Assembly: GCF_001194135.2 (NCBI RefSeq)
Contig: NC_068981.1
Coordinates: forward strand, 172,595,058-172,659,057
Length of the DNA stretch: 64,000 nucleotides
Source: Octopus bimaculoides
Lineage: Eukaryota
Direction of reading: 5' to 3'
This document shows, piece by piece, positions 14,801 through 26,512 of this stretch. The translations under genes and the position numbers were made by a program. Below the pieces are notes generated by a model. That model worked only from the letters and a program-made list of their open reading frames with translations, searched no databases and was not told the DNA's origin. Within the stretch, counting starts at the first letter, position 1. Each line of letters opens with the position of its first letter.

Positions 14801-15128
14801 AAAACTGGCACTCTGTTGATTACAATGACAAGGATTCCAGTTGATACAGTCAATGGAATGGCCTGCTCTTGAAATTATTGTGCATGTGGCTGAGCACTCC
14901 ACAGACACATGTATCCTTAATGTAATTCTTTGGGAGATTCAGTGCAACACAAAATGTTACAAGGCGAGCCTTTCAAATACATGTAGTACTCGTTCTTGCC
15001 AACTGAGTGGACTGGACCAATATGAAATAAAGTGTTTTGCTCAAGGTGACAACTCACCACCAGGAATCAAACTTACAACCTTAGGATTGTGAGTCAAGTA
15101 CCCTAATCAATAAGTCACATGCCTTCAC
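14801..15128 (-). mobile_element. tRNA-derived SINE, family C
   Basis: Minus strand begins gtgaaggcatgtgacttattgattagggtacttgactcacaatcctaaggttgtaagtttgattcctgg (A/B-box-like), followed by ccttgagcaaaacacttt. A degenerate related piece lies at about 14170-14325. Confidence 0.7.
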
Positions 15129-15130
15129 TT

Positions 15131-16099
15131 ATCATCATCATCATCATCATCATCGTTTAACGTCCGCTTTCCATGCTAGCATGGGTTGGACGATTTGACT
15201 GAGGACTGGTGAAACCGGATGGCAACACCAGGCTCCAATCTAAATTTGGCAGAGTTTCTACAGCTGGATGCCCTTCCTAACGCCAACCACTCAGAGAGTG
15301 TAGTAGGTGATTTTACGTGTCACCTGCACGAAGGCCAGTCAGGCGATACTGGCAACGGCTACGCTCGAAATGGTGTCTTTTATGTGCCACCNNNNNNNNN
15401 NNNNNNNNNNNNNNNNNNNNNNNNNNNNNNNNNNNNNNNNNNNNNNNNNNNNNNNNNNNNNNNNNNNNNNNNNNNNNNNNNNNNNNNNNNNNNNNNNNNN
15501 NNNNNNNNNNNNNNNNNNNNNNNNNNNNNNNNNNNNNNNNNNNNNNNNNNNNNNNNNNNNNNNNNNNNNNNNNNNNNNNNNNNNNNNNNNNNNNNNNNNN
15601 NNNNNNNNNNNNNNNNNNNNNNNNNNNNNNNNNNNNNNNNNNNNNNNNNNNNNNNNNNNNNNNNNNNNNNNNNNNNNNNNNNNNNNNNNNNNNNNNNNNN
15701 NNNNNNNNNNNNNNNNNNNNNNNNNNNNNNNNNNNNNNNNNNNNNNNNNNNNNNNNNNNNNNNNNNNNNNNNNNNNNNNNNNNNNNNNNNNNNNNNNNNN
15801 NNNNNNCAATGTATGAACGTCTTGCCTCACCACCTCAGCCCAAGTCTTCCTGGGCCTACCTCTTCCACAGGTTCCCTCAACTGTTAGGGTGTGGCACTTT
15901 TTCAGGCAGCTATCCTCATCTATTCTCACCACATGTCCATACCAGCGCAATCGTCTCTCTTGCACACCACAACTGATGCTTCTAATGTTCAGCTTTTCTC
16001 TCAAGATACTTACACTCTGACGGGTATTCACATTGACATTACACATCCAACGGAGCATACTGGCTTTATTCCTTGCGAGCTTACGCATGTCCTCAGCAG
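15131..16099 (-). mobile_element. RTE-clade LINE, 5'-truncated, ORF2 C-terminus plus 3'-UTR (interrupted by assembly gap)
   Basis: ORF 16088-15807 encodes ...MLRWMCNV...ERRLRWYGHVVRIDED...GRGRPRKTW, the typical RTE ORF2 C-terminus. The 3'-UTR ends in (GAT)n at 15131-15153, and retained CpGs suggest a young copy. Confidence 0.92.
15392..15806. other. Assembly gap (N run); others at about 21270-21278, 23360-23369, 36316-36325, 38141-38252 and 56779-56926
   Basis: Runs of n. Confidence 0.99.
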
Positions 16100-16217
16100 T
16101 TTATATATATGTGTGTGTGTGTGTGTGTACACATTTTTTCGTTTCTGTTTCATGTTAAGTTAGGTAAATCAGTTAACATCCTTAAGAAGATCAATTAAAA
16201 GTAGTTAGTAATCATTT

Positions 16218-16558
16218 ATCCTGAAAGTGTAAGCAAAGCAGGGTTATTGTAGTCACTTGTCTTTGTGTGTTTGCAAAATTACTGGAAAACATCTGAACGG
16301 ATTTTCACCAAATTTGGCAGAAATATTCATTGGGTGAGTGGCTTGAACTCATTAAATTTTGGTTTATCTTCAAAACTGGCAGACAGGTGAATCAAAATGT
16401 TTCTTTTTTCTTTGTTATATATGCATAAACGATAAGCAAGGGAAATAACTTTTGATGTCATTTTGTTGAAATATGAATTCATCTGAGAATATATTAAATT
16501 AATTTTTATAATATCCTTGAGTGCACACAGGGTATGTGTTGCACCTTCAATGCCTTTT
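16218..16558 (+). mobile_element. Possible non-autonomous Helentron-associated element (HINE/DINE-1-like)
   Basis: Starts in T-rich sequence, has a short gtctttgtgtgtttgc microsatellite-like block then gaacggattttcaccaaatttgg, an imperfect 3' hairpin gtgcacacagggtatgtgttgcac, and ends in a T-run. Family assignment is from recalled architecture only. Confidence 0.45.
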
Positions 16559-17881
16559 AAAATTTTTTTTTATTTCCAGGTGCAACTATATGGTCAACCC
16601 TGACTCAGAAAAGGGATTTTTTAGCTTCAGTGTTAAAAATTTTTTTTTTAAATGTATTATAGTGAGTGTCTTAGGATTTATAATTACTAGTTATTTTTAA
16701 TTAACCAACAAGATTTTCTTGATTTTAGAAAAGCTAGATGACTTTTGCAGAAATATTCAAACAGAAAGTACCTAATGAAAAGCAAATTTTCAAAAGAACT
16801 TGGGACTTCATGGCTTGTAGGGTCAAGTTTGCAGTATTTTTAATGTACAGGACATTTTGATAACTCTTGATGGCTATAGTTTCTAATGAGAAAATGTGAC
16901 TGACACTTACAGCAATAGCTGCTGTCATTCTGTTGAAGAATGTACTCTGTAAGAAACCAAAACAATCCAACTAATGAGCAGATCTTTGATTACCAGCAAT
17001 CTTAAATCTTCTCATCCCTGTATATATTATCCTTCAATTTTTCCATTATTAATATATAACATTCTTCAATGTTTCTCATTTAAAACTTAAGATTTAGTAA
17101 GCGCTCTTGACCTGTTTACATTCTATTAGACTATAAGTCAGAATAACTGAAAAATGTTTGTGAAATTGATCTTTTGTTTGAAGTGTTGCAGGTTAGCAAG
17201 TAAATATAGTCTTTATTTCTTTGGCTTCTTAAACCATTGTTACTGTCAACTATTGTTGCAACAAGGTCAGTTGTTTAGAACTTAATAGTTCAATCCCAGC
17301 TCTTTTCAAAATTTCATGCAAGTTCCACCTCCTACAGTTTGCTGTCTCTTCCTGTTCACATACCCACCTGATTGTTACTGACTTACAACAGTTCAAAGTA
17401 GATATTAGAACTATTTCAATCCCTTTATTCCTTTTTTTTTTTTTTGTTGATTACATGTAGACTTCAATAAACTTCATAACTAAATCTGCTTAGCTCAACT
17501 AAATCTGCATCCACTCAACCAGGAAGTAGCATCTATATAGCAACTACACACACAACTTTCAAATCACATAACCTGAAGTGGTTTATCTATTTATGAGAAA
17601 TATTAAAATATACCACGACTATAAAGAGTTTGATTAAACATTCAATAAATATATATATATATATATAAAATGATGGCACAGTTAAATCATTGATGAGTTC
17701 TAAAAGATTCAAAAGAAATATTTTAATAATATTGCAGGAAAAAATATATTATAAATGATATTTTTGCTAATTTTATATAAAAGTTTTAGAATTATTTCAC
17801 TATGATAAGATATGATCATTTAGTTCTTAAAATAGAGAATTCCAGATAAAATTAAACATATCTCATTACATAAGTATGCAT

Positions 17882-18702
17882 TATTGCATTGATTCAAAAG
17901 TTTTGCAATATTTTGATAACTTATTTGCTTTATTCGTCAAGTTAAGCAAAAGCAGCCAAGCATTCAAAGTAGAGGCCATCATGTTGCACTATCTGAAGCC
18001 ACTTTTCTACTAGTTCTTTGATATCATGTAGTTACCAGTTCTTGTCCTTCAAAGTAAAGAACTCAAGTGCAATAAGTGAGCTATAGATTGGAACAAGTAG
18101 TAATCTGAGGGAGATATTTTTCTGCAGTCCTAATGTGCATCAGCATTGGTTAAGCAAAGGCCAGTTTCTGGAACTTGTCACCAAATATGAGTATTCCAAA
18201 CACAAGGCGATGTTCTGCATCTGTTGGAATTATGAGGGAATAATTCACTATAAGTTCATTTTAGACAGTAAAACCATTGATGCCAACCTGTACTCTGAAC
18301 AGCTAGAGCAGTTGTATGCAATAGTGTGGCAAAAATACTCTTCTGCAGCAAGACTATGCAAGACCTCATACTGCTCAAATGATTCAGAATAAACTCCAAG
18401 AACATGAGGGAATCAAAACTAATGCCACACCCACTATATAGTCCAGACCTAATTCCCTAAGATTATAACTTATTCCAATCCGTGGCTCATTTCCTGTGCT
18501 CATAATGCTTCATCAACCAAGAGGATGTGGAAACTTCAGTGAAAGAGTTCTTCACCTCAAAGGACAAAAACTGGTATCAGCTTGGGATCAAAGAACTGGC
18601 AGAAAAGTGGATTCAGACTGTGCAACATGGTGGCCTCTACTTTGAATGCTGGGTTGCAAATAAGTTAGCAAAATATTGCAAAATTTTTGACCCACCACAA
18701 TA
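17882..18702 (+). mobile_element. Mariner (Tc1/mariner) DNA transposon relic, rearranged
   Basis: Transposase remnants KAMFCICWNYEGIIHY...TIDANLYSEQLEQL and LMPHPLYSPDLIP*DYNLF...GIKELAEKWIQTVQHGGLYFE (HPPYSPDLAPSDY motif). Inverted termini are flanked by TA at 17882-83 and 18701-02; internal stops and frameshifts. Confidence 0.9.
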
Positions 18703-20776
18703 GTTTTAGCTGCTATATTTCTTTATGTCATAATGATTAAAACTATGCATTCCTTTTCCTAATGGACATGGTTTCAGTAGAAAATGTGTTATCTATTGTC
18801 TGCTATGTTTATCATGTAAATCCTCAGATTAATATTACTGAACTAAATTTATATCCAGTATTGCCTGCCATAGTAAATGCATTTGACATTCTGGGTTTCA
18901 AGATGAAGAGCTTTGGGAAAGAAATTCTGTGGTAGCTGATAAGGTGAAAGTAAATTTAGATATGTTGCTTATTTATAAATATAAATAGCAATTCTTATTT
19001 AGTTACAAATCGTGTTTCTATTTTCATTTTGAAATTAATTTACAAACAAATTACTATAAATCTTTTACATGTATGAATGGTACAACATTCTACAGATATT
19101 TGTCAACTACACTGTAATAGCCTGCATAATATAATCAGGATCATGTTATACAAGAGTTTTTTGAAAAAAGAAAATTGTATTTTAGAATGAAAATGTCTAA
19201 TCTTATGTATAAGCTCTTGAAAAAGAATATCTTGATTAAACGTTTAAATTAGAACCTAGGAGTGTAAGGTAGACAAAAAAATCTTTTAAGTTGCTTATCT
19301 CTGTCTCCTCCTTCACCCCTCTTTTCATTTGCTTGATATATGTTAAACCTATTTATAGCTTTTCATATAATAAATGTGTGTGTGTGTGTGTGGATCTGTA
19401 AAGTAGAATTATAAATCTATTTCAATTGAAATTCAAATGTGGGATTTTTGTGTTTTGACAACAGTAGAAACCATAAAATATCACATTATATACTATTTTC
19501 ATTATTGTAATTCCCAACTAAGTATCACTATATAAAATTGCTGGCAAGAAACTGTGTTCCTAAGGTAGAAAGAAAGCAAGATTTCTCTTATATGTGGTTG
19601 AAGCTTAATTTAATCAGATGAAGTTTCAGGACTGCTATAAAGGAAATGAAAATTGTTCCTATTATTATACTTTAGTGCTTTTGATTATTTCAGGATTACT
19701 TATAATGTTGGTTACATATTCTCATCAACAGTGCATCGTCAAAAATATTAAGAAAAATAATTTGTTAAATTACTTACTGAACAAACTGTAGAAGGTTCTT
19801 CAGATGGTTTATCATATATAACAAAAAAATTTTCAAATCTGATCACATAAATTAAATAAGCTCAATATTTATTTTGTTAACAAGTTGGGTAATTGTTTCA
19901 ATTTAGCTAGGGGATAATTTTATAAAAGTATTATTGCAAGTTTCTTATTAGGATCAATGTAACTGTTTGTGGTTTGGATCTAACGAGACATATATTATCT
20001 TAAATGGCATTGCAGAGTTTTCTCATCAAATGTCAATTAATATACATATTTACATACAATATTAACTCTAGACTGACTTTGATTACTGAAGATGTTTGTG
20101 TAGGATTTTTGTAGGAATGTGTTAAAGTTAAGAAATGGAAATAATGAATAAATGGTTAAACTGATGCTATTCATTTTTGTCTTAGTATGTAGTTTTACAT
20201 CTAATGTACTTAATCTGAATATTTATGTTAATGTAAGGTGTGACAATTATTATTATACAAAACTTGTAACCTTTACAAAACTTTTTAATGTTTACATTCT
20301 TCTACAATTCTGTGACATATAATCACTAATGTCATTGTCTGTTCCCCCAAAAATATTTGCCCCATCTTACAGTGACAACATTTAAGTTGATGAGGATGAA
20401 ATTGAGATAGACAACAATGTAATTGAGGCTAAAAATAATAAAACTCAGGCTGACAATGATGAATTTATGGTTGATGTTGATGAGGATGAATTTGAGATTA
20501 AGGTTGATAATGACAAATTTGAGAAGAGAAAACCTGTATATCACACATGCATTTGATCTTTAAATCTAGATCTTGGTTTCATGCAAGTGTATAAACATAT
20601 TTTGGATTTTCAGTGCATATGAAATCAAGCTAGTCTATCTTCTATGTAAATCCATGCTATGGACTTAATGGTCTAATCACACAACAGATTATATATAATT
20701 CATAAGAATTTATTGAGCACTATGATGTTTTTCATATAAAATCTTAAACATGTGATTAATGCAATAAATCTAAATA

Positions 20777-20777
<1 letters not shown>

Positions 20778-20812
<35 letters not shown>
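20778..20812. repeat. (GT)n microsatellite
   Basis: Direct reading. Confidence 0.95.
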
Positions 20813-20814
<2 letters not shown>

Positions 20815-21559
20815 ACATGCATGCAAATAATATTTAGATTTATTATAGGAGCTCTTTATGTAGCATGGTAGTATATGGAAAAATCTACAGCAACTTGACA
20901 TGAGCAAATTGGTCGGCTGCAAAGAGACTACAAAACTATAAGTCAGCAAAGTCATAGGGCTGTCAAGCATATTAATGTTAGTAGAGTTGCTAAAAGCCCA
21001 GAGATGAGTTCAGGTAAAGTTAATCACTCTGATAAATAAATAAATAAATATATAAACAGACTACGTTGTTTCAGCATCATAAAAGAAATGTGACAAGAGA
21101 TTAATGTTTCATTAGATATAGAAAGTATAAAGATTAACAGATAACACAAATAATGCAAGTATTAGTGAGGGTCAGAACAGTGTGTCATTTAGCTTTCCAT
21201 AATGAAATATAATGTATAGTTAGTAACTTAGTGCTATATTTAAAGAGTACTGTGACAGTGGATAAAAAANNNNNNNNNNAAAAAAAAAAAAAAAAACATA
21301 TTTATCGTCAGTCTTTCTCTAGGTCTATCTATTAGGATTAGAGCCCTCTAAAGTTTTTTAAATATGTAAAACATCAAAATTCAAGTTCACCAACATCTTT
21401 GAAAAATAGCATTTTTCTTGAATCTTATGACTAATAAAAAGATCATATTGATCACAAAATCAATGGCTATGCTTAAGAAAGGAGTTCAATTTTACATTTT
21501 TGCTTTTCTATTCAGCACACATTGATCCAATACCTATATTTATAGTAGACAGTTTGAAG

Positions 21560-21900
21560 GAATTTATTCAGGAAAAAAGAGGCAAGAATGATCATGTGAA
21601 AGTGTTGGGTAAGACCAAACTGCTCCCAATACAAAACTACAATCAGAAAGAAGCAGACAACAGTAGTGGTACATATATTGCATGCACTGAAGCATTTGGA
21701 AAAGACTAGTTAAGTTTGAACCATAGATACATACATTATTGTCATCCAAGCAGGCACATTCCCGTATCTGGTTGTGAATCAACCTTTAGCAGACATCTGG
21801 CCTTTGAAATTGGCAAGAATTATTGGTTTTATCAGCTTTGCACATCAGTGGGATAGGAGTCACAATCACAAGCATTACCTGTACTTTACATAAATTCAGT
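21560..21900 (-). pseudogene. Possible decayed LINE apurinic endonuclease fragment
   Basis: Minus strand gives IILANFKGQM (compare IILGDFNAKV) followed by AVWSYPTLSHDH (compare TWxHP...DH); heavily mutated. Confidence 0.3.
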
Positions 21901-22239
21901 AATGGTCATTTCACTAAATCACCTGACTAGTGGCACTATATTTTTTTGGAGACAGTTTCAGGAAAAGTTCTTCAAGAAAACAAGACACTATAGTTAAGTG
22001 CAAGCCAAAATGCTCATCTTGTAATGAAAATGTAAGCTTTTCATGGGTCATAGGAAAAGAGTATTGAAAAACAATCATTTCTGATTAGAGCTTTTGAAGA
22101 AGAAATAAGCTCTTCTGAAAGTTAATCTGTTATTGTGTAGAACCCAGAATTACCCTTAGGTTTTGAATTTATGTTACCCTTGTAGAAGAATAAAAAGTAA
22201 ATGGTAGTAATAGTAGTAGAAGAAAAAGGGTTAGGGGGA

Positions 22240-22425
22240 GTGGTAGAATGTTAGACTAAATATGTTGCAATATTTAGTTAGGTCCATTCATATTCTGAGT
22301 TCAGATCCTACCAGTTGACTTTGCACTTTCATCCATTATTCCATGGTTATTAAATGGAGATCAATTTAACCAGTTAGCCTCTCCTCCAAATTTCAGGCCT
22401 TGTGTTTACATCACAAACAATTATT
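22240..22425 (+). mobile_element. Degenerate SINE family B
   Basis: ttctgagttcagatcctaccagttgactttgcactttcatcc and caaatttcaggccttgtg match the 45719-45935 copy. Confidence 0.65.
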
Positions 22426-23324
22426 GTTACTCATTGCCTTTCTACTTGCCAGGATAAATTAAGTAATAGTAATATAAGCTGGGGATCAGCTGAATTGACT
22501 ACATGTCTCCCTCATAAAGTTGAGGCCGTGTGCCTGTGTAAGATATTATTATTAGCAGTGAATGGAAAAAGCAGTAGTTGACTTGGCCTTCTATAATTCT
22601 GATATTATTGGTAAAAATAAGTACCAGCCAATTTAATTGATTGCTCCTGCCCCCATCAATTTGTGGCCTCGGGCCAATATTAGAAACTGTAACCCTACTT
22701 TAAAGGTAGGATTTTGTCTTGCTTGAATTTAATGTTTTTGTTAATTTGTATTTAAATATATCTTTGTATTTGTTCTCACCTCATTACAAAGATGTTATGA
22801 CTTGACTTTAAAATTATGTACAGATATTTTCATTTAATACTCTAAAACCGTCTGGTAGATTTAGAAATACAGTTATTTAGGTGGGGCTTTTTTGGCTTAT
22901 CTAACTTTAATTCAACTGATTGATTTTATACAATTTCCCTCTAAAAAAAGTATTTGTATACAAGGTCTTTGTTTGCTAATATTTGCCAAATTGTTATAGC
23001 TGTTGTCTGGATTAAAACATTTTCAAATTTATTTCCTGGATTTAGTAAAATCTTAAAGGTGTTTAACATTGTCCTTTACTAAGCTAACATGGAATTCTTA
23101 TATTTATCCTGTCTATAGAACAAGGAATCAATTTGTGTTAAATCATCATCTCATTGTCCTGTGATTAAAGTTATGAATGGTTTCAAGATGGTAGTTACTT
23201 ATTTTCTCTCTCAGTGTATGTTATGTGTAAATATTTATCCTTCAGCTTAACAGTATTCAGGAGGTAAATGGAAGATGAAAAAATGGTTGAAAAGGTTCAT
23301 AGAGGGATAAAAGCTGAATGGACT

Positions 23325-23325
23325 G

Positions 23326-23359
<34 letters not shown>

Positions 23360-23369
23360 NNNNNNNNNN

Positions 23370-23403
<34 letters not shown>
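23325..23403. repeat. (TAC)n trinucleotide microsatellite spanning a small gap
   Basis: Direct reading. Confidence 0.95.
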
Positions 23404-26186
23404 ATCAACAGCTGCCAAAGCTCCTGCCACTACTGATTTTAGCAGTCACAGCTATAGCTACTGCATCACTAGGTTATTAGCTATTGCATTGATGCCAATT
23501 TGGATGAGTCTTTGGATGAGTCATACATGAAAATAGTAGTGAAAATAACAACACTAATAAATAGTAGTAATAGTAACAATACAGTAGTAATATTAACTAT
23601 TGTTTCTAGTGTTCCAAGTTCATGTCCAGCTCAGTAATGAATGCTGTTTATTTTCTATTTTAAAATATTATTGTCAGTATTTGGCATTAATAATAATAGT
23701 AAACAACCGATATGGTTTATTATTATTATTTTTATTTTCATCCATATTTGCAGCTATTTTCTACTTTTGTATGCTGTAAACCTTCATGAAAAATAATATA
23801 TGGCTTCAATTTCTAACAACTAGAAAATAAATTACAGTATTTAACAGTGTATGCTACATGTAAATAGCTGTTGCTTCTCTTTTAATTAACTGTTACTACT
23901 ATCATTCCTATGTTACCAAAAACCCCTAACACAATTTCCCCTGGAACTATATTTTGGGTGCTACAAAAGAACACAATTTTTTGGTTTGTTAGCAGGGTGG
24001 TGGTGGGGTGTTGCTAAGAGTGTATGAGTAAGCCTTGCACAGCTGAGAAACATTTTCTTGAAGAGTCTCTCAGTAAAACACCAACAAAATCACATTGTCT
24101 ACAACAGGCCTGCTGCTTTTTGCCTCCAAGAAAATCAGAAAGAATGTTACAATGCCCCAGTAATATTTTTGTTTTCCTTTTTTACTTGCTCACTTTTTTC
24201 AGGAACCCTGGAATAGTGAGAAGTTATTTTTCTGTGTAAGCTGAACAGGAAACCATAAACCATAATTCATATAATAAATAAACCCCCTTTAGTCCAGATG
24301 CTATTCTAACAATAGGTGTTATGTATTAAGATATTTATATCATTAATTCTTAAAACTCTCCTACAATGAAGTCAATATAAAAAAAATATATATCTGCTAT
24401 ATTCAGTATAAAAAAAGATATTCACCATTTTTATATTATTCTGGTTAATGATTGCTTGAATATAAAATGATATTGTTAAAGTTAGAAATTATAGAAAATA
24501 TGCTAGTTCATAGCCAAACCTGCATTTTTTCCTTTTAGATGTAAAAGAATTAAAAAAAAAACAAATGCAGAAGTTACAGAAATGTGCTGAATACATACAC
24601 ATATAGTTCCCAATTGGCTGGTTGCTATCTGAACTGATAATTTTTTTTTATCTCTTTATCAATGTACTGTGGTGGTGTGTGTTAAAACTATAAAGTCAGT
24701 GGAAGGTTTAAATAATGTAAACTAACTTATGAAACAGAAGCTGAAACATTTTCGGGGCTTCAATCCATGTATGACCATTAGTTTACAGTAACTAGAATTT
24801 CTGGTTGTTGAAAGACATTGTAAGAATTGTGACTCTTGTTTTATTTCTGAAATATTAACAGCTCTATCAGAATAATGATCATACCTATAATTAGTCACAC
24901 ATTCCTGTTTGTATAGATTATGGCATACTGGCATCAGTATGCCATAATGGTATACTAGTATCAACTATCATCACCTCTCATTCAAGGCAGCCTATTATAA
25001 AGTTGCCAAAATTACATTCTAGATATTAGGCTTCCACTTCAAGATCATGAACTACCTTATTCTTGATCATTTACTGCTGTTCTACAAAGCTCGAGTTGGA
25101 GAACTGCTCATATATTTAATATCTTTAGACCATATTCTAAAAGAAGTCCAGTCTGCTAATGAGCAGACTCATGCACCAACCCACTACAAAAGCTAGCCCA
25201 TCAATACATTTTTTCTTGTCTGTCTTTCACCTTTTCTACATTAGCCCTTCTCTAAACCATGTAGTTGCATACCACCTTTATCTCAGCTCATTCAATGTGT
25301 ATGTCATGCTTCCTCTCTTCACTCTTACTGTATTCACACCACATGATAATGAAGTAATTACCTTGACTAGTAACCCTCTAAAATTCCATATCTAACCACA
25401 TTTTATCTTCAAACATAGAGAAGTTCAAGTTGAACATTGGTAGCATCAAACTCACCAATATGAGAAGCTTAATTCATTACAGAAGTTTGAGATTGCACAT
25501 TTATCCAACCTCTTCTTTTTATTTTCCTAGATTTCAACATGAGATAACCACTATGATTTCTTAATAAAGAACTTGATCCTCTGCAATTCATTTGTAAAGA
25601 TTCAAAATCATTAATGTATTATCAAAATTCCAAAAACCATGACAAAAAAAAAAAAAAAAACAGAAACTGAAGGCTGAGTCTTGTTGGGAACACAGACTTT
25701 TACTTTTTAGCTCCATAACAAACATAGGACTTATCAGCGTGTTTTACAATGTAACATCACTATCAGCAATTTTCATATGATTTTCTTGAATTGTACCCTT
25801 TTGTGTTTTAGCTATTTGACCAATTCAAAAATGAGACAAGCAATAACACTAATGGAAGTTTAAACTCCAGGCTAAGATATGGTATCTCAGCTGCTTATCT
25901 GATCCATTCTTCTGCATGATAGTGAAACTTGATCTCCTATAAACTGAAGGTTTTCATTATTTGAAGATGTTTAAATATTCTAAATTTGTTTCATTAACCA
26001 AAGTGTGGATGCATTATCTTTAAGTATGTTGATCTGTGAAACCATGGTTAGCTATATTCAAAACCTATTGTTGCCATGATTTGGTTAAACATGCAGGCAT
26101 AATCTAGACTAATGTTTCTCAAGGTGGAAGTTTGGGTTACTTCAGAATGAGGCAAAAGTAAGTAGCAAGTAATTTTTTTCTCGATG

Positions 26187-26296
26187 TTATTATTATTATT
26201 ATTATTACTATTATTATTAATCAGGTCACTGCCTAGAATCGAACTTGGAATCTTGGGGTTAGTAGCCCGCGCTCTTAACCACTACATCATATGCCC
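26187..26296 (-). mobile_element. Short tRNA-derived SINE with (AAT)n tail
   Basis: Minus strand gggcatatgatgtagtggttaagagcgcgggctactaaccccaagattccaagttcgattctaggcagtgacctga followed by (taa)n; clear A and B boxes. Confidence 0.8.
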
Positions 26297-26423
26297 AGTG
26301 GTTAAGAGCACGGGCTACTAACCCCAAGATCCTAAGTAACAAGTAACTTGAAATAAAATTCCAATTAAAACTTCTTTTAGATATGTATTTGTTATATACT
26401 AACTTTGTCCATTCATGGTGGAG

Positions 26424-26512
26424 GTGTGTTTCTACAGCTAGATACCCTTCCTAACACCAACCACTTTACAGTGTATACTGAGTGCCTTTTATGTGGCACC
26501 AACACCAGTCCA
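26424..26512 (-). mobile_element. RTE 3'-UTR internal fragment
   Basis: tttctacagctagatacccttcctaacaccaaccac...tttatgtggcacc matches 15256-15300. Confidence 0.7.

Noticed and set aside
15219-15976. Long + strand ORFs of 169-222 aa
   Set aside because: They are open only because they span the N gap, and they lie antisense to the RTE 3'-UTR.
16580-16661. Strong acceptor (T-run ...ccAG) with GTGAGT donor
   Set aside because: The pyrimidine tract is the T-rich end of the adjacent repeat, and the exon would contain an A/T homopolymer run.
23246-23263. 18-nt micro-exon candidate LNSIQE; similar weak hits at about 12767-12789, 18903-18943, 26126-26157, 31716-31736 and 57634-57672 (-)
   Set aside because: At least one splice site is weak in each, and such hits are expected by chance at this AT content.
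26222-26296. tRNA-like sequence
   Set aside because: It has no proper acceptor stem and runs into an (AAT)n tail, so it is a SINE head. The same applies to the other tRNA-like heads.
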